Shown piece after piece: positions 1 through 12,290 of a stretch of DNA of 64,000 nt. The stretch lies in the NCBI GenBank assembly GCA_030390025.1, contig CM059425.1, forward strand, positions 170,192,001 through 170,256,000. Reading direction: 5' to 3'. Both the position numbers and the translations under genes were made by a program. The stretch is from Squalus acanthias (taxonomy: Eukaryota). Each line of letters begins with the position of its first letter. Within the stretch, counting starts at the first letter, position 1. Below the pieces are notes generated by a model. It searched no databases, was not told where the DNA came from, and saw only the letters and a program-made list of their open reading frames with translations.

Positions 1-613
1 TTGACTCAGGTTCGGGTGTGTGGCCTTCAGTGCCAAAATTTTGCACCTCCTCCAGCAGCACATCTCATTCTCCCAGTTGCTCCCAGGTGCCATTCAATGT
101 TATTCGGTAACACTTTAAATGCAGCAGCCCTTTAAGAGTTGCTGCACTCCTTATACCCCCACCTGCTAGTTGCCACGTTGCTCTCTTCACACCTGGGAAA
201 CATATTGTGTTGAAATGATTTAAATGTCAAAAAGCTAGGAGACCACTAATTGCACAGAAATGCATGAGTGCCCCGAGATTGTGGCTGCTTTTTCTCCCAA
301 TTGAGGAATAGGCTCTTATGTATTAACCACTGTGTTCTGATGTTTCAATACTTTTTTCCATTTCTTCAGCAATGCTTTATAATTCTTCTTGTTCATTAGT
401 ATGTTTGAATCATATGTCTTCCTCTGAGGAACCTGATAAAAGTCACTATCATCCTTCATTGTTCAATCAATGCTGTAAACATGGTAGACTCTAACCTCCT
501 GCCTGTGACAGTGATAGATGAAAGGTCAAATCTCAAGTCTGTTAAGAGGAGCCCATTTCAAAAACATGAGAATCATTCAAAAACCTTCTTAATGCATCTT
601 TTGGAGATATATT

Positions 614-2319
614 CCTAGAAATTCCTCATAGCGTTTGCCGGCCAATTGAAGGAAGCGGGTCTGATGACGTCATTTGATGATGCATCATCTGCCGGTTTCC
701 TTAAAGGGACCATGCGCAATTTTATTTAGACAGTTGATCTGTCAGTGTTTGACAGCATTGCGCTGCTGCAGACATTGACAAGCACTGCACAAAGGTGAAC
801 GCTTGCACCCAGGCTCTCCAATGATTCCCTCCATATGCTTATGGAGGGAGTCACAGCATGCAGGGAGGTTCTCTTCCCTTCCAAGTGCGGAAGAGACCTC
901 CGCAGGAGACCAACGCAGCCTGGTTGCACATTACACAGGAGGGCAAAAGCAGGGATGTCGTCAGGGGTCCCTGGCTGCAGTGGCGCCAACCTTTCAATGA
1001 TCTCAGTGGATCACGAAATGTTACTGCAAAGCCACACTCAACCTCACTATGTCACTCAACACATCCCCATCACTCTGCCTTCCATATTCTTCTCCTGCAC
1101 ATCCTTACTCACGCCAACTTACCTTGCTCCTCCACCCAACTCTCTCAATCTACTTTATCACTTCCCCATCTCACTAGCCACCCCTCACACTCACCCTCAT
1201 CCTATGGCAAGCATACCAATTAACAACACACAAGGGTAGGCACTTGAGAGGTTTAGCCAATGTCTATGTGCAGTTTCTGGTAATGTGTTGTCATACAGTG
1301 AAATCTATTTTTCCAAAACTGCCCCTTATTGGACAGATCTGAGCGCACCTTGAGAAGTGTTTTACTGAGTTCCAGTGAATGTTCAGACATAACCTCCACC
1401 CCCCACCAACCCCCCCCCCACCCCGCCGCCCCCCCCCCCAGCCCCCCCCCCGCCACCCCACACACTATAGTGATGTGTGTGCATGGAATGGCTTGGACAT
1501 TACAGGGATACTTCACGGTGCTGGTGTGGGATGGTGTCAACCTGGTGCATCATGTGGCAGCCAGGGTTTACAGCGTCAAGTGAAGAAAATCTGGCCATGG
1601 TGAGGCAATCCCTGGCCTCCCTGGCAGCAATGTTGTCAGGGGCTGATGCCCTGTGTCCTGTGCAGCATCAGGTGATGGCGGAGAAGGTTGGTGATGTTGT
1701 TGGTGATGTTGGTGTTGGGGATGATTGTGGAAGGATTTGGAGGATCAAGGTCTGATTGTTCCATTGGCTCCGATGTTGCTGCAATAGATGGCAGCTGCAG
1801 GTGAGATGACAGAAGCGATTTGTCAATGGTGAGAGAGGTTCTCCCAATGAGGTGGCACTTGACATACAGTTGGATCTAAAAACTTGTAAGCTAAAGAAAT
1901 CTCTATATGTATAAAAAATGCAGTAACCAACATTTTCTGCGCTCTGAAACTCACCATCAGCAACATGGCATCCTTGACACCACTTCTGCAGCTGTCAGCT
2001 TTTCACAAACATCAGAGCAGACTCAAAACACGCCAGATTGAGCTGGCATGTTCCCCGAACAGCGGGTAACCCATGGGGGGAGAAGGTAAAATTTGAAGGA
2101 AGCCTCAAAATAGTCTTAAATTGGCTCTTAACATTTAACAAGCTGAATTGTATCCCCCGCCGCTTGGTGTCGGGTCAGTTCTCCGCTGACAGAACGAACA
2201 CCTGGGAGACTCGCGTGGAGGCGAGTTGACAGCGGGTTTCCCTCCCTCTGTCAATCTTTACTATTTTGACAGCGGACCCGCCTCAAACCCGTCCTCTGAG
2301 CGCTATTAAATTTGTGGCC
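614..2319 (+). mobile_element. Non-autonomous PIF/Harbinger element, family A copy 1 (left end eroded)
   Basis: Colinear with 39783-41306 and 34393-35835. The right end attaaatttgtggcc matches the TIR of copy 3. It carries a Myb/SANT fragment on + (~790-1010) and a transposase C-terminus-like stretch on - (NIAAREARDCLTMARFSS, ~1580-1640). Confidence 0.8.
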
Positions 2320-2666
2320 AAAGTGTTCGTAAGCAAGGCTCTGAGGGCACTCAGAGCCTAGTAATGAGAACAAAATGTGTATATTTTGGGCAGCAGGCCA
2401 GATGGCAGCACAGGTAGGAAGCATGGGAGACTGCCACTGATGATGTGAATGCTGCACAGTAAACTCAATGGATGGAAAATTATGGGCTGAGCGCCGCTCT
2501 CCAGATCAAAGAATCACCTCTATGTTAGCAGCTCTCTTGTACTGTATTCACAGTGAATCGGGGAACACGCTCTTAGAGTCATAGTCATAGAGTGATAGAG
2601 TTATACAGCACAGAAAGAGGCCCTTTGGCCCATTGTGTCCGTGCCGGCCATCAAGCCCTGTCTATT

Positions 2667-5462
2667 CTAATCCCATTTTCCAGCACTTGGTCCGTAGCCT
2701 TGTATGCTATGGCATTTCATGTGCTCATCTAAATGCTTCTTGAATGTTGTGAGGGTTCCTGCCTCTACCACCCTTTCAGGCAGTGAGTTCCAGATTCCAA
2801 CCACCCTCTGGGTGAAAAAGTTTTTCCTCAAATCCCCTCTAAACCTCCTGCCCCTTACCTTGAAACTATGCCCCCTGGTTATTGACCCCTCTACTAAGGG
2901 GAAAAGTTCCTTTCTATCTACCCTATCTATGTCCCTCATAATTTTGTACACCTCAATCAGGTCCTCCCTCAGCCTTCTCTGCTCTAAGGAAAACAACCCC
3001 AGCCTGTCCAGTCTCTCTTCATAGCTGAAGCGCTCCAGCCCAGGTAACATCCTGGTGAATCTCCTCTGCACCCTCTCCAATGCAATCACATCCTTCCTAT
3101 AGTGTGGCGACCAGAACTGCACACTCTATTCCAGCTGTGGCCTAAAGAGCTTTTTGTACAGCTCCATCACAACCTCCCTGCTCTTATATTCTATGCCTCG
3201 GCTAATGAAGGCAAGTATCCCATATGCCTTTTTAACCACCTTATCTACCTGTCCTGCTGCCTTCAGGGATCTATGTACATGCACAGCAAGGTCCCTCTGA
3301 TCCTCTGTCCTTCCTAGGGTTCTACCATTCATTGTGTATTCCCTTGCCTTGTTAGTCCTCCCAAAATGCATCACCTCACACTTTTCAGGGTTAAATTCCA
3401 TTTGCCATTGTTCTGCCCATCTGACCAACCCATCTATATCGTCCTGTAGCCTGAGGCTTCCCTCCTCGCTACTTACCACTCCACCAATTTTCGTGTCATC
3501 TGCGAACTTACTGATCATACCTCCTACATTCATATCTAAATCATTAATGTACACTACAAACAGCAAAGGACCCAGCACCGATCCCTGCAGTACACCACTG
3601 GACACAGGCTTCCAGTCACAAAAACAACCTTCGACCATCACCCTCTGCCTCCTGCCTCTAAGCCAATTTTGGATCCAATGTGCCAAATTGCCCCGGATCC
3701 CATGGGCTCTTACCTTCTTGACCAGTCTCCCATGTGGGACTTTGTCAAAAGCCTTACTGAAGTCCATGTAGACTACATCAACTGTACTACCCTCATCCAC
3801 GTACCTAGTCACCCCCTCGAAAAATTCAATCAAATTGGTTAGACATGATCTCCCCCTGACAAAGCCATGCTGACTATCCTTGATTAATCCTTGCCTCTCC
3901 AAGTGGAGACTAATTCTGTCCCTCAGAATTTTTTCCTATAATTTCCCTACCACTGATGTTAGGCTCACTGGCCTGTAATTCCATGGTTTATCCCTACTAC
4001 CCTTCTTGAACAATGTTACTACGTTACCTGTCCTCCAGTCCTCTGGCACCTCCCCTGTGGCCAGAGAGGTTCTGCAATCTCCTCCCTTGCCTCACACAGC
4101 AGCCTGGGATACATCTTGTCTGGGCCTGGGGATTTATCCACTTTTAAGCCCGCTAAAACCGTTAGTACCTCCTCCCTCTCAATACTAATTTGTTCAAGTA
4201 TATCACAATCTCCCTGCCTGATTTCTATGCCTACATCGTCCTTCTCCATAGTGAACACAGATGCAAAATATTAATTTAAAACCTCACCTACATCTTCCGG
4301 CTCTACACACAGATGGCCAGTTTGGTTCCTAATGGGCCCTACTCTTTCCCTGGTTATCCTCTTGCCCTTAATATACTTATAAAACACCTTGGGATTTTCC
4401 TTTATTTTGCCAGCCAGCCAGTGTTTTTTCATGCCCCCTCTTCGCTCTCCTAATTTATTTTTTAAGTACCCTCCTGCACTTTCTATACTCCTCTAGGACT
4501 TCCACTGTTTTTAGTCCTTTGTATCTGCCAGAAGCCTCCCTTTTTTTCCTAATCCATTCTTGTATATCCCTTGACATCCAGGGTTCCCTGGGCTTGTTGG
4601 TCCCACCCTTGACCTTTACGGGAACATGTTGGCGTTGTACTCTCTCTATTTCCTTTCTGAAAGACTCCCACTGCTCTGATGTGGATTTTCCTACAAGTAG
4701 CTGATCCCAGTCCACTTTGGCCAGATCCTGCCTTATCATATTAAAATCGGCCTTCCCCCAATTTAGAACCTTTATTTCCGGTCCATCTTTGTCCTTTTCC
4801 ATGACTACCTTAAATCTCACCGAATTATGGTCACTGTCACCAAAATGCTCTCCTACTGACACTTCTAGCACTTGCCCGGCTACATTCCCTAGAATTAGGT
4901 CCAGTACCGCCCCCTCTCTTGTAGGACTTTCTACATGCTGGCTGAAAAAGCTCTTCTGGATGCACTTTAAGAATTCTGCACCCTCTAAGCCTTTCACACT
5001 CTGACTATCCCAGTTAATATTGGGGAAGTTGAAATCCCCTACTATTATTACCCTATTATTTCTACACTTCTCTGAGATTTGCCTACATATATGTTCCTCT
5101 ATCTCCCCCTGACTGTTTGGGGGCCTATAGTACATTCCCAGCAAAGTGCTTGCCCCCTTTTTGTTTTTAAGTTCTACCCATATGGCCTCATTAGAGGAAC
5201 CTGCTAAGATATCATCCCTCCTTACAGCAGTAATTGACTCCTTGATTTATATTGCGACACCCCCTCCTCTTTTACACCCCCCTCTGTCTCGCCTGAAGAT
5301 TCTATACCCCGGAATATTGAGCTGCCAGTCCTGCCCCTCCCTCAACCATGTCTCTGTGATAGCAACAATATCATACTCCCATGTGTTCATCAACACCTTC
5401 AATTCATCTGCCTTACTCGCAAGACTCCTTGCATTAAAATAAATGCCATCCAGCCTTGCCAT
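2667..5462 (-). pseudogene. CR1 ORF2: APE endonuclease + reverse transcriptase, several frameshifts/stops
   Basis: FNARSL/AITETWL, YRPP, GDFN and DSDHN (APE). QHGF, DFSKAFDKV, QGSVLGP and FADD (RT). Split over ORFs 5247..5636, 4455..5144, 4019..4258, 3126..3902 and 2667..3122. Confidence 0.95.
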
Positions 5463-5566
5463 ACTCCCTTGTGCCGTTACATATTTGCTCTGCCTTCCAG
5501 GCTGACTTGTTTTTTGCTCTATATTTGGCTGTGCATCACCACTCCATATCCCATCCCCCTGCCAAG

Positions 5567-6543
5567 TTAGTTTAAACGCGCCCCCGCCCCCCCCTCCACC
5601 CCCACCCCCCAACAGCTCCAGCAAACCTCCCCGCAAGGATGTTGGTCCCGTTCCGGTTCATGTGCAACATGTCCGACTTGTACAGGTCCCACCTTCCCCA
5701 GAAGCAGACCCAGTGATCCAGGAAACTAAAGACCCTCCCTCCTGCACCAACTCTTTAGCCACGCATTTATCTGCTCTATCCTCCTATTCCTATACTCACT
5801 AGCACGTGGCACCAGGAGTAATCCAGAGATTACAACCTTTGAGGTCCTGCTTTTTAATCTGCTACCTAGCTCCCTAAATTCTTGTTGCAGGACCTCACTC
5901 CTCTTTCTACCCATGTCGTTGGTACCAATGTGAACCACGACCTCTGACTGTTCGCCCTCCCCCTTCAGAATGCCCTGCAGCCGTTCAGTGACATCCTTGA
6001 CCCTGGCACCAGGGAGGCAACATACCATCCTGGAGTCACGTCTGCGGCCACAGAAATGTCTATCTGTTCCCCTTACGATAGAATCCCCTATCACTATTGC
6101 TCTCCCACTCTTTTTCCTCCCCTCCTGTCAGCTGAGCCACTTGTAGTGCCACGGACTTGGCTCTTGCTGCATTCCCCTGAGAAACCATCTCCCCCATCAG
6201 TATCCAAAACGGAAAATCTGTTGGAGAGGGAGATGGACACAGGGGACTCCTGCATTACCTTCCTAGTTCTTTTACTCTGTTTGGCGGTCATCCATTTCCT
6301 GTCTGCCTGTGCACTCTTTATCTGCGGTGTGATCACCTCGTTAAACGTGCTATCCACGAAGATCTCAGCTTTGCGGATGCTCCACAGTGACTCTAGCCGC
6401 AGCTCCAGCTCCGAAATGTGGATTTCGAGTAGCTGCAGCTGGAGACACTTCCTGCACACGTGTTCGCCCTGGACACCAAAAGTGTCCCTGACTTCCCACA
6501 TAGCACAGGAGGAGCACTCCATGTTGCCGAGCTGCCCTGCCAT
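5567..6543 (-). pseudogene. CR1 ORF1: Cys zinc finger + coiled coil + SGNH esterase domain, frameshifted
   Basis: CSSC...CRKC, heptad LQLLEIHISELELRLESL, then IGDSIVRG and VHIGTND esterase blocks (ORFs 6094..6543 and 5726..6094). Confidence 0.9.
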
Positions 6544-8304
6544 GTCCTACCTTTAATTTACTCCCTTTACTTCCTTTACTTTTTGTATGCAATATATTAT
6601 CAGGACCACTGATTTTGGTGATTGAATAACTGAAAATATGTTTTATCACAAAATATTATGAGGGCTAGCAATATCTTCAGGTGCAGAGTATGTCCATATT
6701 TTCATGGAAATTGCAAATCAGTAGCCATCATTATTTTATGTTTGTTTAGCTGTTTCCTCAATTAATGTCTTGCTTTTTTTTTAAAGTCCAGGATACACTG
6801 GAAGATGCTAGGGAAGATGTTTTAGCTTGCAGGTAAATAGGAGACATGTAACAAAAATATGGGAGGGGAAGAGTTATGTGATTTGGCAGCACAAGACAGG
6901 CGCTGGGCTCTAAGGACATTTGGGAAAGAAGTGCCCCTACGTGGACTGGGAAGATGGTGTTGAGGTGGGGACCATTGGTGAAACTGTCCTGGGATCTGGC
7001 AGCTGGGTAACTGGTTGTCGGGTACAGAGGTACTAGAGTGGAAGATACAAGGGTCTAGGAAGAAATGGGGAGAGCGGTTTTGGAGTCTGGGAGCATTGAT
7101 GGGTCTGAAACTATTGGAGGGCTAAGATCTAGTAGTGTTAGAGGGAGTGGGGAGGGCAGGCTAAGGTCTGTTTTTGGGAAGGAAGTGCAGGAGAATGATG
7201 GATGAAAGCTGTCATGATTTTCCCCTCTCTGAGAGGCTTTACAGTACCAGTTTCACTGCACTTGGCTGGGAAATGTAACTTGGTTATTTAAAATGCTTAG
7301 TATGCGTATTCTATAATGACCGATTGTATGCATTGGTAGCTTAAATAGCTAAGACTTGTACCTTGGCTCAGTGCTGGGTCATTGATATTTGAAGGTTGAA
7401 CATGGGGAGAAACAAGCACCAATTCAAGTTATAGGAAGCTGATTCACCTTAAGGAATGTTTTTATATCTGTCTGGTTAGTTCATTAGATGGAACAGTGAC
7501 CTTCTCCCCCCGCACCCCCCATCTCCCATTGAGTTATGCACAAAACACGTAAATCAGAGGCTTTTAGTCTTCAGTTGTTCAAGTAGTCTGTAATCCCAGT
7601 GCTATTTCTGATTTACTGCTTGGATTTTGATAACGTGTAAATGGGCGCATTTTGATCAATAACAACTACATTCCCAATCATGTGATTAACGATCCAAATT
7701 ACATTTTAAAAAGTCACACTTGGATGGTCGTTTAAAGCTAGGAACGGGCAACCCTCTCCCACCAGATATATATCATTTCTGTTGCTTTGCACTTTGCACC
7801 GGTGATGCTAGAGACTGTCAGAACTGCACCACTGAAAAAAAGCACCTAATGAGGGCGACACAATTATTTCTTAACTTAAATAGTAAATTATGAGTCTTGT
7901 GATTGCATCAAATATACTGATCCCACCAGTGCCATTCTGCAATGACCTTTGGTGACCTTTGGCTTTGGTGATCACAGTGGAGTTAATTAAGCAAACTTGA
8001 TCTCGCCATTGATTTTAATGGGGAGGGGGAGCTATGATAATTAATTATTCAGCTTTTTCGGCAAGGGTGTCTGTGGAGCAGCACAAAAGTCCCAGGAAAT
8101 GATGGCGTGGTGTACATAATGGCATAAGTCAGTCACACCATCATTTCCTGGAATTTCTGCATTATAATAATGGCCTACGCAGTAGAAGCACCATTACTGT
8201 GACGCAGGTTTTTAGCAAATTCTGGCCCACCATTTTAAGTGCAACGTTAGCAAAGGGACCTGCTTAATTTTAATCAGTTTGTTTCTTTTCCAATCTCCAT
8301 TTGT

Positions 8305-8412
8305 AATGAGGAATCTACACCTGAAACACTGACTTATCTTTTCATAAACAGCTGCTGGTAAACCTGTATGTATTTCTGGCATTTTCTGTTTCTATTTCAG
8401 ATTTTCAGCATT
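8305..8412 (+). mobile_element. Highly degenerate PLE family-2 terminal repeat relic
   Basis: acctgaaac...catttcctgtttctatttcagattttcagcat-like tail resembles 62843-62940; the ribozyme core has decayed. Confidence 0.5.
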
Positions 8413-8555
8413 TTTTCTTTTTATCTGTTCAGTCACAGTTTGTTGACAGCATTAACCTCCATAAAATCCTGGAGGAAGAAGAGGAGTTGACATCTTGGGA
8501 GTACAGAGGCCATTGCAGGCGGACATATAGAATGTATCCAAGATGTACTCATATG

Positions 8556-8717
8556 GTGTACCACCCCAGGGTCAGCTAGCTTGGGCTCTTAGAGGAGAAG
8601 TACCTGAAGAGGCTCAGAATAAGGAGGGAGATTGTCAGTGACATATGCCACCTGTTGGAACAGGACCTGCAGACACAATCAACAATTACAGCTGCTATTC
8701 TACTGACAGTTAAGGTT
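8556..8717 (+). pseudogene. Harbinger transposase N-terminal relic
   Basis: Hand translation VYHPRVS*LGLLEEKYLKRLRIRREIVSDICHLLEQDLQTQSTITAAILLTVKV resembles the HARBI1-like N-terminus. Confidence 0.65.
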
Positions 8718-8782
8718 GAGCTTCTGTATCATAGATCTTTAAAGGTTGGAGTTCACTGAGAAAAGGCCATAAAATGACAATT

Positions 8783-8900
8783 GGGATTCTGGGTTTGTAT
8801 ATAGGAGCATTGAATACAAAAGCAGAGAAGCAATGTTGAAATTGTACAGACGTTGGTTAGGTCACAGCTGCAGTAATGCATGAGTTCTGGGCACTCCATT
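8783..8900 (+). mobile_element. Old CR1 ORF2 fragment
   Basis: Similar to the RGIEYKSREVMMELYK-LVRPQLEYC coding region of the other CR1 copies. Confidence 0.6.
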
Positions 8901-10104
8901 AGAGCCATGGAAAGGATATTTGTGCACATAATAAAGATCGCACCTGTAACAGCATCCTAGTATTCTAGCAACTCGGTGTAAAGAAAAGAAAGCACCGAAT
9001 GAGTATATGGGAAGCTTTACGTAAATAGATGCAGCTTAAACAATGTATGCAATCGTTGCCATTGGGTTTCTACATATGTGTGTGTTCATGATAAGTTCTG
9101 ATATGCAGATGTAAGTGAGAATTTGTGCCTAAATTAGTACAAAGCAGAGTTTTTGCATTTCCCTCCAATTTCTGTCTCACCAACCCCTTCCAAATTCCTT
9201 GATAGTGGTTCCTAATAGAGCTTTAATGGACAGTTGTTCAACTCCACCTCCAGATAATTCATGCTTTTAGCCGAATTGAAGGGCAGCTTCTCCCGAAAAG
9301 AGAGAGGAAGCTGGCACAGATTTTGTATGCTCTGTACTGTGGCTATGGATGGTTTTACGCTTATGCATGAGCCAACATGTGGACGTATTCTTAACTTAAC
9401 ATCCTGAGCTGTACTTGGATTCTGTTCAGTTTCTTCAGCTAAATTGCATTCTGAAAATCTCTAAATGCATCCTGGCAACCTTACAAGAATCATATAATTT
9501 GCATAAGAACATAGGAAATAGGAGCAGGAGTAGGTCATTTGGCCCTTCGAGCCGGCTCTGCCATTCAATAAGAGCATGGCTGATCTTCAACCTCAACTCC
9601 GCCTTCCCACACTATCACCATATCCCTTGATTCCCTTAGTATCCAAAAATCTAGCGATCTATGTATTGAATATACTCAATGACTGAGCATTCACAGCTCC
9701 TTGGGGTAGAGAATTCCAAAGATTCACAACCCTTTGAGTGAAGGAATTTCTCCTTATCTCAGTCCTAAATGGCCGATCCCTTATTCTGAGACCGTGACCC
9801 CTAGTTCTACACTCCTGAGCCAGAAGAAACATCCTCCCAGATTCTACCCTGTCAAGCCCTTTAAGAATTTTATATGTTTTAATGAGATTGCCTCTCATTC
9901 TTCTAAACTCTAGGGAATATAGGCCTAGTCTACTCAATCTCTCCTCATAGAACAATCCACTCATCCCAGGAATCAGTCTAGTGAACCTTTGTTGCACTCC
10001 CTCTAAGGCAAGTATATCCTTCCTTAGGTAAGGAGACAAAACCTGCACACAGTACTCCAGTTGTGGTCTCACCAAGGCCCTATATAATTGGAGTAAGACT
10101 TCTT

Positions 10105-11588
10105 GGGGGAAAAATTGAGTCGCGCCCGCTTTGGGGAGCTAACTTCACTACTTTTAGCGCCACGGAAAAATTAGCGCCCCCGTGGCCGAAATTGAGTGGT
10201 AGCGCCCCAAGAGGGAAGCGGGGCGCTTCTTAAAGGGGAGGGGCCTTGCGCAGCGTGACCTGGGGCCCAGCTGGGCCACCGGGGATTGGAGTTCCGGCAA
10301 AAGAGCCCGGCACTCAAGAAAAGTGCCGGGCTCATGGAGTGTAGCCGGCACTCCGCGGGGGGGGGGGGGGGGGGCAGGTCAGGAGGCCGGGGACGGCAAT
10401 GGAGGCAGGTGCTGGCAGGCGGCCAGCAACAAAAATGGCCGCCCGGCACCTCACCTTTAAGTAGCGCCGCCCCGGCCGCAGGTAGGCCCCCCTGACTCCG
10501 TCAGACATGGCGTCTGCCGGTAAGTCAGGGAGTGCTACTGAAGATCGCGGCCGGGGCGCGAGCGGGGCGCTGCGCACGGCGATGACGTCATTGCCGGCGG
10601 CGCAGCGCCGCGGGGCGCTAACGGTTACCACTGCCACTAACCTCCCACTGAATTTCGCGGGAGGCGTTGGCGGTGCCACGCCCGCACGCTAGTTGCTTTG
10701 CGCCTCGTTAGCGCCCTCTTGGGGCGCAAATATCGTCCGGACGCAAATATTAGCGCCTGGCGCTAATTTTCGGCACTGACTGGAAACTTCACTTTTACCG
10801 CCCCGGGAGGTGAGTGGAGCGCTAAAGCAGGCGCTGCACACCTGTCTTAAGGCGCAAAGGCCAAGGAGTGAGGCGCTAACTCAGAGCGCTGGCGAAGCTC
10901 ATGTAATGTCAGTCAGCAATGGAACACACACACAATGGCACGGGCCAGTTCTTAAAGGGGATGGTTAATCTTGCTTTCCATCCACATCCTGTTCATTGCA
11001 GCCTTGAATCTCGGCCTGGAGAGACTTGCACATCAAATGTGCTGGAAAGAACAATGGAGAGTACCAGGCAAAGAGCTCAGAGTGCAGCTCCCACAGTCTC
11101 TGCTAAATCGATACAAGGAATGGCAAATCAAAATGAACCTGCAAAGTGCTGCTCAGTACCCAAAACTCCTTCACACAACGTTGAATCTCTCCAGAAGTCT
11201 CTCCCTCTCTCTCTCTCAGAATGCGTAGTTCAAAAATGCCACCAACAATAAAAGACAGGAAGAGGCCCCCTTTAAATAGCGCCCCCCCCAGCCCCACAGC
11301 GATTGATAGCGTTCCAGTCTTCCGGTCGTTGGAAGCGCCAGGCGGTAAGGCAGGGGGCGCCACTCAATTTCCGCTCCGGGGCGCCACAAGGGCGTTGCAC
11401 CACGGAATGACGTCACAATCTGCGCGCGCAGGTGGTCGCAGCGGTAAGTTTTAGCGCCGCCGCACAATGTCAAGTTAAGTTCCCGAGCGGCGCAAACATC
11501 GCTGCACCCGGGCGTTAGCGGCTTTGCGCCCCATTAGCGCCCTCTTAAGGCGCTAACGGGAGGCGCAACCAACTGAATTTTTACCCCC
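10105..11588. mobile_element. CpG-rich Harbinger-type non-autonomous element (probably composite)
   Basis: Termini gggggaaaaatt / aatttttaccccc. It interrupts CR1. Region 10838-11588 recurs at 53660-54409. About 13 TAGCGCC/GGCGCTA motifs. No clean TSD. Confidence 0.75.
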
Positions 11589-11645
11589 AACAGTTTTATT
11601 TGAAATCACAAGCTTTCGGAGCGCTGCTCCTTCGTCAGGTGAAGT
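11587..11645 (-). mobile_element. PLE family-1 terminal-repeat fragment
   Basis: Near-identical to the arms of the 21876-22075 insertion. Confidence 0.85.
11606..11642 (-). ncRNA. Minimal type I hammerhead ribozyme motif (family 1)
   Basis: The reverse complement reads tcac-CTGACGA-a-ggagc(agc)gctcc-GAAA-gc-T-T-gtga. Confidence 0.7.
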
Positions 11646-11884
11646 CCCTCATTTAAGTCATTGATATAGATTATAAATAGCTGAGGCCCAAGCACTGATC
11701 CCTGCAGTACCCTACTAGTTACAGCCTGCCAACCCGAAACTAACTCATTTATTCCTACTCTGTTTTCTGTCCATTAACCAATCCTCAATCCATGCTAATA
11801 TATTACTCCCAATCCTATGAGCACTAATTTGTGTAATACGCTCTTGTGTGGCACCTTATCAAATGCTTTTTGAAAATCCAAATA

Positions 11885-12290
11885 CAGGAAACTCTTTGTT
11901 AACTGGCACCGACGGGACCGGCGTGGTGCCGATTTATCGAAAGTACCGGATAACGGAGAGTTATATCTACCGAGGCTATTTTTAACAAAGAAAAATAAAT
12001 AAATCAAGAAATGTGCAGTATACTTCCGACAGCGCCAGGAGGCCGAGTAGTGGCACTTTTGAAAACTACCCCTACTGACTAAATCGGCGTTCGCGGACTC
12101 GGACTCGGACTCGGGATCGGCAACATTGCCGGTTATTTGAGAGGAGTTTTCGGAGTACTCGGCGTTCGCGGAGACTCGACTGCGACTCAGCAACATTGCC
12201 GGTTATTTGAGAGGAGTTTTCGGAGGATGATTTTTGCCGGTTAAGCGAGAATTCCGGATATTTGGGTGCCGGATAAACAAAAGTTTCCTG
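11885..12290. mobile_element. Tc1/mariner (pogo/Tigger-like) MITE
   Basis: Imperfect TIRs caggaaactctttgtt / aacaaaagtttcctg and a TA duplication (11883-84, 12291-92). Removal restores the CR1 sequence tccaaataCACCACATCC. Confidence 0.85.

Larger units (their letters stand above)
2575..6545 (-). mobile_element. Near full-length CR1 LINE (family 1), frameshifted
   Basis: ORF1 then ORF2 in order on -, followed by a 3' UTR ending in a (ctatga/ctctat)-type microsatellite tail at 2575-2605. Confidence 0.95.

Noticed and set aside
1395..1460. Poly-C/G tracts (also 5579-5610, 10357-10375) as functional G-quadruplexes
   Set aside because: They are length-variable expansions that are much shorter or absent in sister copies (40475-40495, 35290), and may include sequencing error.
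2704..5004. Plus-strand ORFs over the CR1 (and similar antisense ORFs elsewhere)
   Set aside because: They are antisense shadows of LINE coding sequence.
6787..6832. Plus-strand micro-exon candidate (QDTLEDAREDVLAC)
   Set aside because: It has plausible splice signals but no partner exon or recognisable homology.
10919..11251. Repeated ORFs (also 53742..54122) as a duplicated host gene
   Set aside because: They lie inside a repeated non-autonomous element, have no recognisable domain, and include a variable (ct)n tract.
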